Shown in pieces: positions 23,855 through 35,930 of a stretch of 64,000 bases of DNA. Both the position numbers and the translations under genes were made by a program. The notes beneath the pieces were generated by a model. It worked only from the letters and a program-made list of their open reading frames with translations, was not told the origin of the DNA and searched no databases. Position 1 is the stretch's first letter. Every line of letters begins with the position of its first letter. Source of the DNA: Podarcis vaucheri (taxonomy: Eukaryota); the NCBI GenBank assembly GCA_965113315.1, contig OZ220367.1, one strand, 5' to 3'.

Positions 23855-24218
23855 CCTCGCTCCAGTATACCTGAAGGAGCGTCTCCACCCCCATCAGTCT
23901 GCCCAGACGCTGAGGTCCAGCGCCGAGGGCCTTCTGGCGGTTCCCTCATTGCGAGAAGCAAAGCTACAGGGAACCAGGCAGAGGGCCTTCTCGGTAGTGG
24001 CGCCCGCCCTGTGGAACGCCCTTCCAGCAGATGTCAAAGCGATAAACAACTACCTGACATTCAGGAGACATCTTAAGGCAGCCCTGTTCAGGGAAGTTTT
24101 TAACGTGTGATATTTTACTGTATTTTTGGTTTTTATGGAAGCCGCCCAGAGTGGCTGGGGAGGCCCAGCCAGATGGGCGGGGTATAAATAATAAATTATT
24201 ATTATTATTATTATTATT
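23855..24218 (+). mobile_element. Young 5'-truncated L2 LINE (ORF2 C-terminus, 3' UTR and (ATT)n)
   Basis: Open frame YLKERLHPHQSAQTLRSSAEGLLAVP...RQRAFSVVAPALWNALP...FRRHLKAALFREVF*; CpGs retained; tail gggcggggtataaataataaa(tta)n. Confidence 0.9.
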
Positions 24219-24866
24219 CCTAAGAGACAGTTTTAGAATGGTGGCTTCAAGAGGATATGCCCCCACCCCGATCACAACTTTCCAGCACACCTAAAATGGT
24301 ACTTGAGAGTTAACTGAACACAGGACTTCTTTCCAGAGGTTCAGCCATACTTAGGTACTAATATGCTTTCAAGGTCAATCTCTAAGAATGTGAGAGATAT
24401 CTGAGAACTCACCACCACAGTTAGATGGGGAGACTTATGTCATGAGGCCATATATAGGTTGAACAGCATTATAGTAAAGAAAATAACACATTTTTTATGG
24501 CTAGTAATTAAACAATGGACCATGAAATGAATATTTTTTACGGCAGATCCAGTTGTGTCTACTAATCTAAGAAGGCCTATGTATAACCATCTATGATAGT
24601 AACAGCAGGAGAGATGGGCAAATATATTTACTTCATGATGTGTAAATCAGGAGAGTTCTAATATTTCATATAACACAAAGGAATAATACTACTACTAATG
24701 ATAATCAGAGACACAAGTTTGCATACTTTTTTTGGTAATCCATCCCTGAAAGGATGGTAGTACTTGGATAGGAATTTATCCCATGGGGCATTTATTTGCT
24801 AATGCATATGGTGTGGTTTCCTTTCCTGGGCCTTGTTAATATCTTCATATATAATTTCATCTGTTA

Positions 24867-24868
<2 letters not shown>

Positions 24869-24908
<40 letters not shown>
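24869..24908. repeat. (TA)n microsatellite
   Basis: About 19 TA units. Confidence 0.95.
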
Positions 24909-24911
<3 letters not shown>

Positions 24912-26147
24912 CTGAGATGAGTTAACGACAGTCAGATAAAAATTTGTATGTATGAGGAGGTTCTAGGATTTCTTCATTTTATGCCCATTGACCCCAAAGT
25001 TAGCATTTCCCTTTTTTTCAGAAAAAGAAAGTAAAGCAGAACCACAACCACCCAAATTTCCCAGTCAGATTAAAATCAGTCAGACCTCCCACAGCAAACT
25101 TTGATCTTCATTTTACTCCTGACCAACCTTGCTTAAAAGAAAAACTCACCACTGAATGATATGGGAGACCCCACCTGCCTTTCTCCTTTATTGAACTCAT
25201 GACTAAAACCCACACATCACATTTACATAGCAAGAGGTGTGAAGAACCAAGGTGAGATTTCAAAATATAGATACGGTTTCTCAAAAGGCCATTACACATA
25301 GATATACATGCAAACAGAGACAATATGAATACTTCACATTCAAATGCCAAGGAGCAAAACCACAAAAACCAAGTTCAAAGGAAAATTACTTTCCCTTGGC
25401 AAGCTATAGTGGCATACACTATACTTGGCTTGTTATAGGGCACATTTCCCACATTTCGGACCCCCATGTGTTTAAGGAATAGCTTATAGCTCTGGTTATT
25501 ATGTGAGATACAAAAAAAGACTACAAAAAATCTGAAAATAACTGAATTTGCCATTTAATATCAATATACCCAAGATAGCTCATTGAACTTTTGCTGTGAA
25601 TCTTGCCTTGCACTCCTACCAAATGAAATCTGAAATGTCTTCCCTGTTGCATAAAAGCAGGAGGATAAAATTCACCATCAGAAAGCCAAGTGTTATGAGT
25701 TCAGTCTACCAAAACAAGATATTGGGTTTGTGTGTAACATTAAACCTGGGACAAGCCTCAGCAAGCCCAAGTGAAATATCAGGCTTCTGCATCTACCTCC
25801 TCCAATGTGGCCAGAAGAAAGACTACTGCCAAGTTTACTTCAAGTTTCAAAGAATCTCAGCTTTGCGTACAAATCAAGAATCCTGGCTTCAAACAAATAG
25901 TTTCCAAAGAATTCAACTTCAAATCATTTTTTTTACTGTAGACTTGGATTCCTGGTTCCAACATAAGGCTAGTGGACGTTCTCTGAAAGTATACTCAGCA
26001 AAAATGCTCTTCCTGGCCACTTGGTATATAGCATTTCATGTACTCATTTAGATGCAGGAACCATGGACAAAGACAATAAAAGGAATTAGAAGTAGCCTCA
26101 GTTTTCTTTCAAAAGCAGGATTTTTATCATACACTATAATTGCTATA

Positions 26148-26500
26148 AAAGGGATGTGGGTGGCGCTGTGGGTTAAACCACAGAGCCTAGGACTTGCTGA
26201 TCAGAAGGTTGGCAGTTCGAATCCCCGTGATGGGGTGAGCTCCCGTTGCTCGGTCCTTGCTCCTGCCAGCCTAGCAGTTCGAAAGCACATCAAAAGGCAA
26301 GTAGATAAATAGGTACCGCTCCAGCGGGAAGGTAAACGGTGTTTCCGTGCGCTGCTCTGGTTCACCAGAAGCGGCTTAGTCATGCTGGCTACATGACCCA
26401 GAAGCTGTACGCTGGCTCCCTCAGCCAAAAAAGTGAGATGAGCGCCGCAACCCCAGAGTCGGTCACGACTGGACCTAATGGTCAGAGGTGCCTTTACCTT
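26148..26500 (+). mobile_element. Full-length Sauria SINE (Squam1) with 13-bp TSD
   Basis: Head gggatgtgggtggcgctgtgggttaaacc, B box agttcgaatccc, (ACCTTT)-type tail; TATAATTGCTATA at 26135-26147 and 26501-26513. Confidence 0.95.
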
Positions 26501-26777
26501 TATAATTGCTATACACCCAACACAACACTTCTCCACTGAAAACACACACAAGCCATATAGGGCTTTGTAGGTCATAACCAGCACTTTGAACAGTACCAGA
26601 CTTTCCTCACTGTTATACTATTCCATTTACAAATACAAGGCATGAATAACTGGGAAGAGTTTGACTTTTTTTCCCCTTCAGAAAACAATAACAAGTTGCT
26701 TCTTTTGCTTTTGTATCAACAAGTTTTCACCAAAACCTTTGAAACTGTCCATGTAGTCAATTGTTACCATGACCAAT

Positions 26778-27030
26778 TGTTGTTGTTTTAATTGTTGTTG
26801 GCATCCGTCTGTCTCTAGAGACAATGGAATGTGCCTCCAGGGGCAAGGGCAAGCCACAGCATTAGCAGCACCAAAGTGACCTCCCCAGGGCACAAGGCTA
26901 GGCAGTGTGTATGGAGGTCCTTGGCTGCCCGGACGACAAGACACCATTCTCAGCAATATGTCTTGCACCAGCCTGGCTGTAGACGTTGCCAGAAGGAGGA
27001 ATGCAAGGTGGTACTCAACCATCTTAGCAA
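26778..27030 (-). mobile_element. RTE-clade LINE-derived fragment or SINE
   Basis: Minus-strand end cattgtctctagagacagacggatgccaacaacaa, an RTE-type terminus with (CAA)n; orientation inferred from the tail. Confidence 0.7.
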
Positions 27031-27518
27031 CTCCACTCCAGATTTGTGTAGGGTCTACTCCATATTCTTTTAATATAGATTTGCTTATGCAAGTAACTTT
27101 TTATCCCATTAGACCTCCACAGTCTGAACAAACTGATGCCATCAACTATGAACCCCCCAAAATACACAGATGTCTGCATTCTACACAACTTTCACACTGG
27201 CACAAAACCAAAGGCTCATAGAACCTCAGCTTTCAATTAAGAGACAAAATAACATGGCAGAGAAGACACAGAATCCTAACTTTTTCAGCCAGCAAGTTCC
27301 CTAACCGCACAATATGCAAAATGGTGCTACTGCTTGACAGTGTGACAAGACCAAACTTTGTTTGCAAAATTCATGTGCATTTTAATATTTTCTTTGAAAG
27401 CAGGGATTAGGTTTGGTCCGTGTGAGAGCCCCTAGGGAAAATCTGTTCAAGCTCTAATTATCCAATGCAGCAAAGACAAAGCAAAACAAAATACCAATGG
27501 CTCAGCTGAAGGACTCAC

Positions 27519-27567
27519 TTGTATGCAACACAGGCAGAAGCAACACGTACCACACTTTGAGTGTCAC
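27519..27567 (-). other. Candidate 49-nt exon (probably 5' UTR/non-coding) of a long minus-strand host gene
   Basis: Minus strand ctttacctcttttcttgcag|GTGACACTCAAAGTGTGGTACGTGTTGCTTCTGCCTGTGTTGCATACAA|gtgagt, in repeat-free context. Confidence 0.55.
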
Positions 27568-28986
27568 CTGCAAGAAAAGAGGTAAAGTTGCCCACCCATC
27601 CTACTAAAACAACCAGCAAAAATAGAGTGTGGCATGATTGACTCGTAACTGTCAAATTCAATCAAGGAAAGGCAGAGGTTGGCACACAGTCTCTATGCTG
27701 AATTTGTGGTAAGGAGACTGGACTGATCATTGCTCAATCAAGGAAGACCAAAATAAATAGGGGGAAAGATTCAGAAATAGTTTATATCTCACAGGAAATG
27801 TAACTGATCTATAGGGGGGGGGAACCTAAAGAAAGAGACAATGCACGTGCTTTTGTAAACAAGGAAAATATTTAATAAAAATTATTTAAAAAGAAAAGAA
27901 AGAGCTTATATCTCCCATAGCAAGCATGCACATTGCTTCAGGGAGATTCACTTTGCACTTAGAAATACAAGTTTTTTAAAGCGCAAGCACAAACCAAGAA
28001 TGCTTAATGAAGAAACACCCTCTTGTCCATTAGTGTTAGCTCTTTTTTAAAAAAAAGATACGGAAGCTTGTACAATGACTGATCCGAATGACTACCAGAA
28101 ACAAGACACCTCATTTTGTCTTTCTTGCCAACTATTTTAGCTTATTTGCCATGAGCACAGGGTATAATTAATATCGCACAAGGAGCCAGCATTGTCATTT
28201 TTCAAATCATTTCCCTGGAAATGTTCTACACCTCTTAATGGCCCTGCTAATGCTGTAGCTGTCATGTTTTGGACAGCTGTGTTTTTACAAGACAAACTCA
28301 GCTGCGCCGTGTACCTCTCTGTAGACTTTTTAGCTCAACGGCTCAGAGGCCATGAATGCCAGCTGGTAATGGCTGTATGGAAATCTTTGATTAATTTTTT
28401 TTACCTCTTCTTGCTGATTGGTGCTCAAATGTCACCTTCCCATTTTTTTGTTTCCATCCAGTTTTACTTTTTCCTGGTTGCTTCCCAACATCACCTGATA
28501 AGTGAAGGATCAAACTAAGTGTGCCAAAAAGTTAAAAAAAAATGCATGACTAATTAAAGGCTGGACAACTGGTCCAGATGTGAAGAGAACACAAAGTCAG
28601 GACAGCAGCCAGGTCAGTCTTGTTTAAAATGCAACATTGCTCAAGAGACTAAGTCCATAACTAAAGGTAGTAATAAATTTACTCGGTATTTGGCACACAC
28701 CAAAAAGCAAAACCCCCTGGACAAATGATATGTGAGCCAGGAGAGGGGGAAAGCAAACTGTGCACAATAATCTACAAACTTTGAAATCCATGACTTTTGC
28801 AATCTAGTTAGATATCTCTGTAAATAAAAGGTTACTAATCAGCTTGTCTTCCAGCTTAGTCATAGGTTTTAAGTTACCGGTACATATATCGCTTGCAGGC
28901 TAGTATTAATTTAGTAGCTGTCTAAATTATGTGTTTTAGGGTACTGTTTGTTAACTTTGCATATAAATCAACACTCAATTTAAAAA

Positions 28987-29098
28987 TAGCTGCATTTGTC
29001 TGTTGCAGCAAAATGAAGAGTCTCATGGTACCTTAAAAGAATAACAAATTCATTGTGACAGAAGCTTTCATGGGCAAGGGCCTACTTCAGAAGATGCA
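28987..29098 (-). mobile_element. Penelope-like element terminal fragment
   Basis: gagtctcatggtaccttaaaaga.taacaaatt.attgtg.cagaagctttc..cttcagaagatgca. Confidence 0.65.
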
Positions 29099-29982
29099 CT
29101 GAAATGTTTCTCTATTGAGGCAAAAAACTGATGGGTGAAATTAATGATGCAGCCAAAGGCTGCATTAATAATAAGCCTTCTTAAGGTTACCAGATGTCCT
29201 GTAGTCCAAATTACCACAGCCCAAGGAAGCATAATTGCTACCCTTATTTCAGACACTGCAACTCCAAGATGCCCTTTATTATCTGAAAATTTTGATCTGG
29301 CCACCTATAGTCAAGAAAAAGCATGCATATGGTATGTTAGATATTGATGCTTCTGTATCTTTGAAGTGCTGAGTTTGTTAGCCATCAACCTGCCTGAGAA
29401 AAGGAGCCAGCAACATTTTCCCCTTTCATGCTGTGTCTGCAAAATGCTACAGGAAAGTGGTGCTCATCAACACAGAGGCAGCAGGTCTCCAGTTAGGAAC
29501 CAGCCAGGCCAGAGAAAAGTGACATGAACAGGATGCTGCTAAAACATGCAGCACAATTCAAAACACACACACACAGTATTCTCTTCTGCATGATTTGCTG
29601 CCATTTAAGAGACAATAAACAGCAACTTTAGATTGCTAACAACATGTCATTTAAGGTTTGCTGTTGCTCAACATCAAGGAAAATCAATGCCAGCTCTACA
29701 GGGGCAGAAAAAACCAGAGAAGTGAGCTCCATTTCAGGTCTGTTTGAACTCATTTCCTTTCTCCATGGTTGCCCCCTTGTACACCCCCTCAGGCATCCCC
29801 TCGCAGCAGGCATGACAGTTTGACACATTGACAGCTTGCACTGAATGACAACTGATTTGTACAAATTTCAAGCCTTATAAATCTACCTGTCACAACAACA
29901 ACATAAAAGAGCTTGGACCCAGCAGGTAACTCAGAAAAAATCTTCCCCTGACGGCACTTTCTGAAAAGCAATGGCTTGCCTC

Positions 29983-30140
29983 NNNNNNNNNNNNNNNNNN
30001 NNNNNNNNNNNNNNNNNNNNNNNNNNNNNNNNNNNNNNNNNNNNNNNNNNNNNNNNNNNNNNNNNNNNNNNNNNNNNNNNNNNNNNNNNNNNNNNNNNNN
30101 NNNNNNNNNNNNNNNNNNNNNNNNNNNNNNNNNNNNNNNN
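29983..30140. other. N-run (158 nt)
   Basis: Run of N. Confidence 0.95.
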
Positions 30141-31602
30141 TATGAAAGTGGTACCACCTGCTATTGCAGGCTTTACCACACCACTTTTCTCTATAGAGCT
30201 CAGACAGAGTAAATGAGCAGAGATTTTTACGGTATTTAAACAATATTCCAGATTGCAATGGTCTTCTGCATCCATTACACAGGAGCTGTTTAGACAATGC
30301 AATTGGCTACTAAGAGTTCAAGGGGGTTCAGTCTGTTGACTATTGTTGCCTTTTTTTTTAATCAAGTGCACATTTGTAAAAAGGGGGTTAAGGCAGTCTT
30401 TTGATATCCAAATTTATCAGAGTTAGGGTGCCTAATCCTTCCACATGGCTTTATGAAGCAATAATACAGGCAAAATATTTTAATATCAACTAAACATTCT
30501 CAATCATCAGCTTGGTACACAAATCCGAATTGTGTCTTTGTCTTGAAGAGAGTCTCTGACTCCTTGCCTCATGTGTCCTCTTGGAACTTGCATGGCTAGC
30601 CCTTGTTAGGAGATGCTTAAAGTTGCAGCACGTTATCATAATAAGAAGTGTGCTTACAATTTTAATATCCCCACCCCTGGTGGTGGGGGGGGACAGAACA
30701 CACGCCACAGCCTTCCCATTCAATAAGGCCTACAGAACCAGAGTTAAACTTCTCACTGCTGAAAAACAGAGCTTTACTTATTACAAGTTTGTTTGTTTTT
30801 TCTTTCATTATGTATTTGTTAACTTGATTGAGCATTTGTTTGGTGAAGACTGTGTCTCAATGTGTATTTCCACACAATCTACACATGGTAAACTAGACTG
30901 ATTCCTTTACCACTATGCAACATTTCTCGATAATGTAATGGTCTTCCTGAGAAAGCTGCGATCGTTAAAATAAAATAAAAAGTTTCATAAAAAAAGCATT
31001 ACCAAACCCCACCTGTGCTTACATAATCAAAAATTTGAGAATATACTGCTGATTAGTACTGAAATCACAGAAACCATTAACCTCTTCACAATAAATTAAG
31101 CCAGAACCCACCTCACTCTCCAACATGCATAAGCAGATAGGGCATTGGTGTGCATAGTTGTGTTTTTTTTGCAGAATACAAGTTGACAAGCAGAATTTCC
31201 ATCAAAACAGCCCAACTTCTCTTGTGGGGTGCTACTTGAGAAGGTCCCCCAAACATTGGGTTTTTTCCCCAAGGCTGGGGGGGGGGGCAGAAAAGTGCCT
31301 ATGCATGAGCACAAGCCTACCCACAGCCCTTTGGATCCTGTCCATGATTTTAAATTCTGCACAATGGCCTGCCCTTGCTATTAATCAAAGACATGAAAAC
31401 AATGGTATGGGGGGAAAATGCCACAAGTGCCTTAGAAGTGAGTCATAAGGCCTATGGTAGAATTGCTCATCTATTTAGATTCATGTCCCACTTCAGTGGC
31501 CAATTATGCCCCTGACCCTCTAAGTAGCTTATGAAATAAAAAATTACAATAAAACAATAAAAAACCCCCAAGCAGCACTAAAATAGTGGTTTGGGGCTTG
31601 TT

Positions 31603-31670
31603 TAGGATTCCAGGTTCTGTCCCTGGCATCTCCAGTGAAAAGTGTCTAAGACAGAGCTGCTGCCTATTAA
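31603..31670 (+). mobile_element. Squam3-like SINE fragment
   Basis: ccaggttctgtccctggcatctccag...gagctgctgcc. Confidence 0.5.
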
Positions 31671-32109
31671 GACTATGTTTAGGAGCACAATAGTGGGTGC
31701 AAATTTGCTTTAGGGGTTCCTTGGAAGAAGAATCAAAGTGGAAGGGGTGCTTTGAGCAAAGAAAATGTAGAAGCTTCTGTCGCAGGGCAAGCAATTTTAT
31801 CCAGGAGGATAAAATGGGACTTTAAATTTGAATTCCTTTACAGAAAAGGCTGCATCTTCAACCTTTAAAGAAATCATAGATGTGCAATAAGATCTTAGTT
31901 CCACCTAGTTCTCTCATCTCATATCTAGGGAGTCCTCAATAAGAGACTGACTAGTTATGTGCAAAATAATGCACAAGGAGGCCCAAATTCTAGGTCCCCG
32001 TATTCTGGACTTGCACAAGTCAATAAATTTTTGCTGCTTGAAACCATCAGTGTTATTTGTAACTGTCAGAGGAAGGAAAATCTGTAATTGTTAAGAGAGA
32101 AGAAGCCTG

Positions 32110-32430
32110 NNNNNNNNNNNNNNNNNNNNNNNNNNNNNNNNNNNNNNNNNNNNNNNNNNNNNNNNNNNNNNNNNNNNNNNNNNNNNNNNNNNNNNNNNNN
32201 NNNNNNNNNNNNNNNNNNNNNNNNNNNNNNNNNNNNNNNNNNNNNNNNNNNNNNNNNNNNNNNNNNNNNNNNNNNNNNNNNNNNNNNNNNNNNNNNNNNN
32301 NNNNNNNNNNNNNNNNNNNNNNNNNNNNNNNNNNNNNNNNNNNNNNNNNNNNNNNNNNNNNNNNNNNNNNNNNNNNNNNNNNNNNNNNNNNNNNNNNNNN
32401 NNNNNNNNNNNNNNNNNNNNNNNNNNNNNN
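32110..32430. other. N-run (321 nt)
   Basis: Run of N. Confidence 0.95.
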
Positions 32431-32669
32431 TTAAAACAAAACCTCTCTTTTTTTTCTTGAGCTCTGTGAGTTGGATAATCACATACTGCACTCAAGGAAA
32501 CAGGGTGGGTGGGGGGATTTGATGCCCCAGAGTTAGCAATCAACTATAAGAGTTAACATTTGGTAAGTAAAAGCTGGTTGGGGGAAAGAAGATAATAAAT
32601 TAGCCTAAAAGGACCTACTGGAAACAATGCCCCAGGTTGATCGATTTCCCCGTCACTGCAGACAATAGG

Positions 32670-32990
32670 GTAAGAATGTAAGAACTGCCAGGACAGGTCA
32701 GGCCAGTGATCCATCCAGCTCAGCATTTTGTCTAACCAGCAGTGGCCTGCCCTGTGCCCTAGGGAAGTTCACAAGCAGGGCACAATGGCAATATCCATCC
32801 TCCTATACATCTTGAGCATCTGGTAATCAAGGGGAAGTGTCTCTGAAAATAGGAAACTGACTTCCATGACTAGTAAGTAGTAGTGCCACTAACACAGCTC
32901 TTACTCATACAGTCACCTAACCCGATTTTTAACCAACTTATACCAACGGCTTCACAACATCACACAGTAATTACACCATAACCTCTGTGA
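32670..32990 (-). mobile_element. Old CR1-like 3' end
   Basis: taagaatgtaagaactgcc..ggtcaggcca.tgatccatccagctcagcat..gtggcc..gggaagttcacaagcaggg. Confidence 0.6.
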
Positions 32991-34855
32991 TTAGATTTAT
33001 TGGTGCAGAAGTGTGCAGATTTTTTAATTTACATGGAGTTCATCATCAGGCAGAACTTAACGTCTGTACAAAGTTAGGCACCTACTACTCAAAATACTTG
33101 AGGTTTCCTGCTGCACTACCAGAAGCTGGCCTAGTGATTACCACCTTAGCTACTGGGTATCTTAGGAAACACAAAAGCACAGAATCACCTGTGTACACCA
33201 AGTTACTTGTAGAACTTGTAAAAACATGTAACTGAACCCATGTTGAAATGAATGAGGGTTGCAAAGCAGAATTGTTTAGTATGCAACTTTTAAGAAGCAG
33301 AGTGGTAGCCAATGCTACAAATGTCGAGTTCTACTTACACAAATGGGATTTTCCTTTCCTCTCCTCTCCTCTCGTGCCCTCAAAACCTGCTCCAGAAAGT
33401 CCTCCAACCTTCTACAGTAGATTTTAAGGGTGGTTTAGGCTCTAGTTCAGAGGAGGAGCAAATTCTGCTATCCAAACAGAAAACTGCTGTGCTAGCAGAT
33501 CAGGAGCAGTGGATACGACTTATAGAACCTAGCACATGCCCTTGACCTTGTGGGAAGGGAATTAGAGGCTTACTGACCGAACTGTAAAATTGGGAAAGGG
33601 AGCTTCTTCTACTGTAAAAAACTTGAAAACCTTCAGCAAAAGCAAGCAAAGTAGGCACAGACCAAAGGGGAAGTTCTGATGTGGCCTTCTGCATCTCCTG
33701 GAGATCCAACAAAATTAGTCGCCGCTCATGTAATTGCCAATGAGTAAATTGCAAGAGTGATCCTGGCTAATTAAACATGTTCACATAAATGTATCCAAAT
33801 GAAATTCAACTTCAATACCACAGACGCAAATGTTTAAGCAGTTCACTCTCACAGTCCATAGCTGGCAAGGTCAGAGACAGAGCACAATCTCTACTGAGTT
33901 TGGCCCTGCCTGAACTTAATATATACTCCAGAGTTCCCATAGCCAAAAGGGGCTCCTTTCGAGTGGGGCAGAATTGCCTTCAATTGACACCAACGGTGGC
34001 ACTGGCTCTCAGTTTGTGGATCTGGACCTTGGCAACTGCACAATCCCACTGACCTCAAGCATTAGCCGTGCCATCAGTTGTGTTCAAGTTGATTGAAAGA
34101 GTTTTGGCATTTCAATAATACAATGCAACTACTTTGTGGGATGGATCGTGGGGAGTAAAAACTGTCAGAATTGTTTCTGCAGCACATATCTGCTACTAGT
34201 GTCTAAAGAAAGCAGCTTGGCATATCTAAGCCAGCCAATAGTCCTGTAAAACCCAGTTCAATTTTCCTAGTTTAAAAGAGAGTGACAGCCATTTTACTTG
34301 GCTGAACAACAAGAAAGCCTAAAACACAAATAAACAAACCTTTGCTGGGTCAAGAAATCACACTTGTTAAGAAAGCCATTATTCTTGACTTTAGAAGAGC
34401 TTCTGTAGAACTTTTCCCCATAATTATCTATAGATCAATTAATGTCATGGCAGGGCAGCAGTTTTCTTCTTTCTCTCGATACTAACTATCACTTGCTACG
34501 CAAAACGAAACCTTGTGCTTTCTGTATCCTGAAAATAGCGCTCTGGAGATTTTACTAGAACTTTTTGCAACCCAAACCTCAGTAAATCACCATATAAAAA
34601 AGATATCAGTTTCCGCACAAATATATAAAATTTAATACTAAAAGAACAAACTTCCTAAACTCTCATCAGCCTGTTCCCTTAGCGCACGGACACACAGAGA
34701 GATGTAGGATCCTGCAATCAAAGTAGCTTGCTCCAAATTGATTGTTAAAATTCTTCTCCTCTCAACATTCTTGTCAGTAGTGAGGTCAAAAATAGAAGCT
34801 TAACCAAGCCATCAAGGGAATTCATGAATGTTTTGCATCCAGAGCTTTTGAGAAT

Positions 34856-35100
34856 AAAATATTTATTTATTTATTTATTTATTTCATAAAATTAATATAC
34901 CATTTGATTGTAAAACAAACAAGCAAACCTCAAAGCTGTTTACAAAAGATAGGACAATAAGATCAGGAAAAAATTACAGCCCTGATTTAAAACATAGAAA
35001 AGTTAAAATACTAACACAAATCAAACCTTTGAAGCATCTGAGTAAGCTTATCTAAACAGGAAGGTTTTCAGCAGGCACCCAAAAGAGTACAATGAAGATT
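34856..35100 (-). mobile_element. L2-like 3' end with (TAAA)n tail
   Basis: (TTTA)n on +, cctcaaagctgtttaca and ctaaacaggaaggttttcagcaggc. Confidence 0.55.
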
Positions 35101-35123
35101 TGAATTGGGCACTTGTGTAGATG

Positions 35124-35168
35124 GAAACCCAGCCAGATGGGCGCAGTACAAATAATTTGTTGTTGTTT
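35124..35168 (+). mobile_element. Very short L2 3' tail
   Basis: cccagccagatgggcg..tacaaataat(ttg)n, as at 24164-24190. Confidence 0.6.
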
Positions 35169-35854
35169 CATTTCTTTTATTTTCATCTATACTTTTGATT
35201 CACCTGAGGAGATACCTGGTAACTGATCTAGATGTATGGATATTCAGATCTGACACAATTTTAGAAGTGGGTCCGTTTGAACTTCAGGGTTCCTCAAACT
35301 GTTAGCCACACTTCTAGAGAATGACTGCTCCAAAAACATCTAAACATTTGTATCTGACATTTGTGGAAAATTGTAATTCCAGGGTTATACCTCTCTTGGT
35401 CTCTGCTTCTTGGCCCAACACATGCAGCTTGATGCCAGACTCCCTGAACCACTAAGGGCTGGGTGTATGTATTCCTATTCATCCAATGCAGTTTCTCAAA
35501 CTGTATTTCACAGAGAAAAACTAATCTTTCTATACACTACTACAGCAATTATTACTAGCATAATGGATACAGTTGTGAAGCTTTACCTATTACAAGAATA
35601 TATTCTCTCTTCATTTAATAATGTCTATTCAAACAAGTTAAACATGGCAAAGAGCTGTGCAAAGGTTTTTTGCAAGTTCATACCTCATGCCTCTTTGTTT
35701 CTCCACCATACATATATGCTCTCTGATATTGAGATTTTCTCCTATTATTATTTTATATTACGGTATATAAAAATGTGAATATTTTTATATAATGATTGCT
35801 AACAATCACCATATATTTATTCCTTGAGGGCAATGACATGTAATAATATCACCA

Positions 35855-35930
35855 TCCAGGATAGCTAATTTGGTAGCCTCCAAATGTTATGGTCTACAAC
35901 TCTAATCAGCTCCAGGCAACATGGCCTGAG
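35855..35930. mobile_element. Half copy of a palindromic hAT-like MITE
   Basis: cctccaaatgtt..g.tctacaactc..atcagc, related to 48985-49115. Confidence 0.5.
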
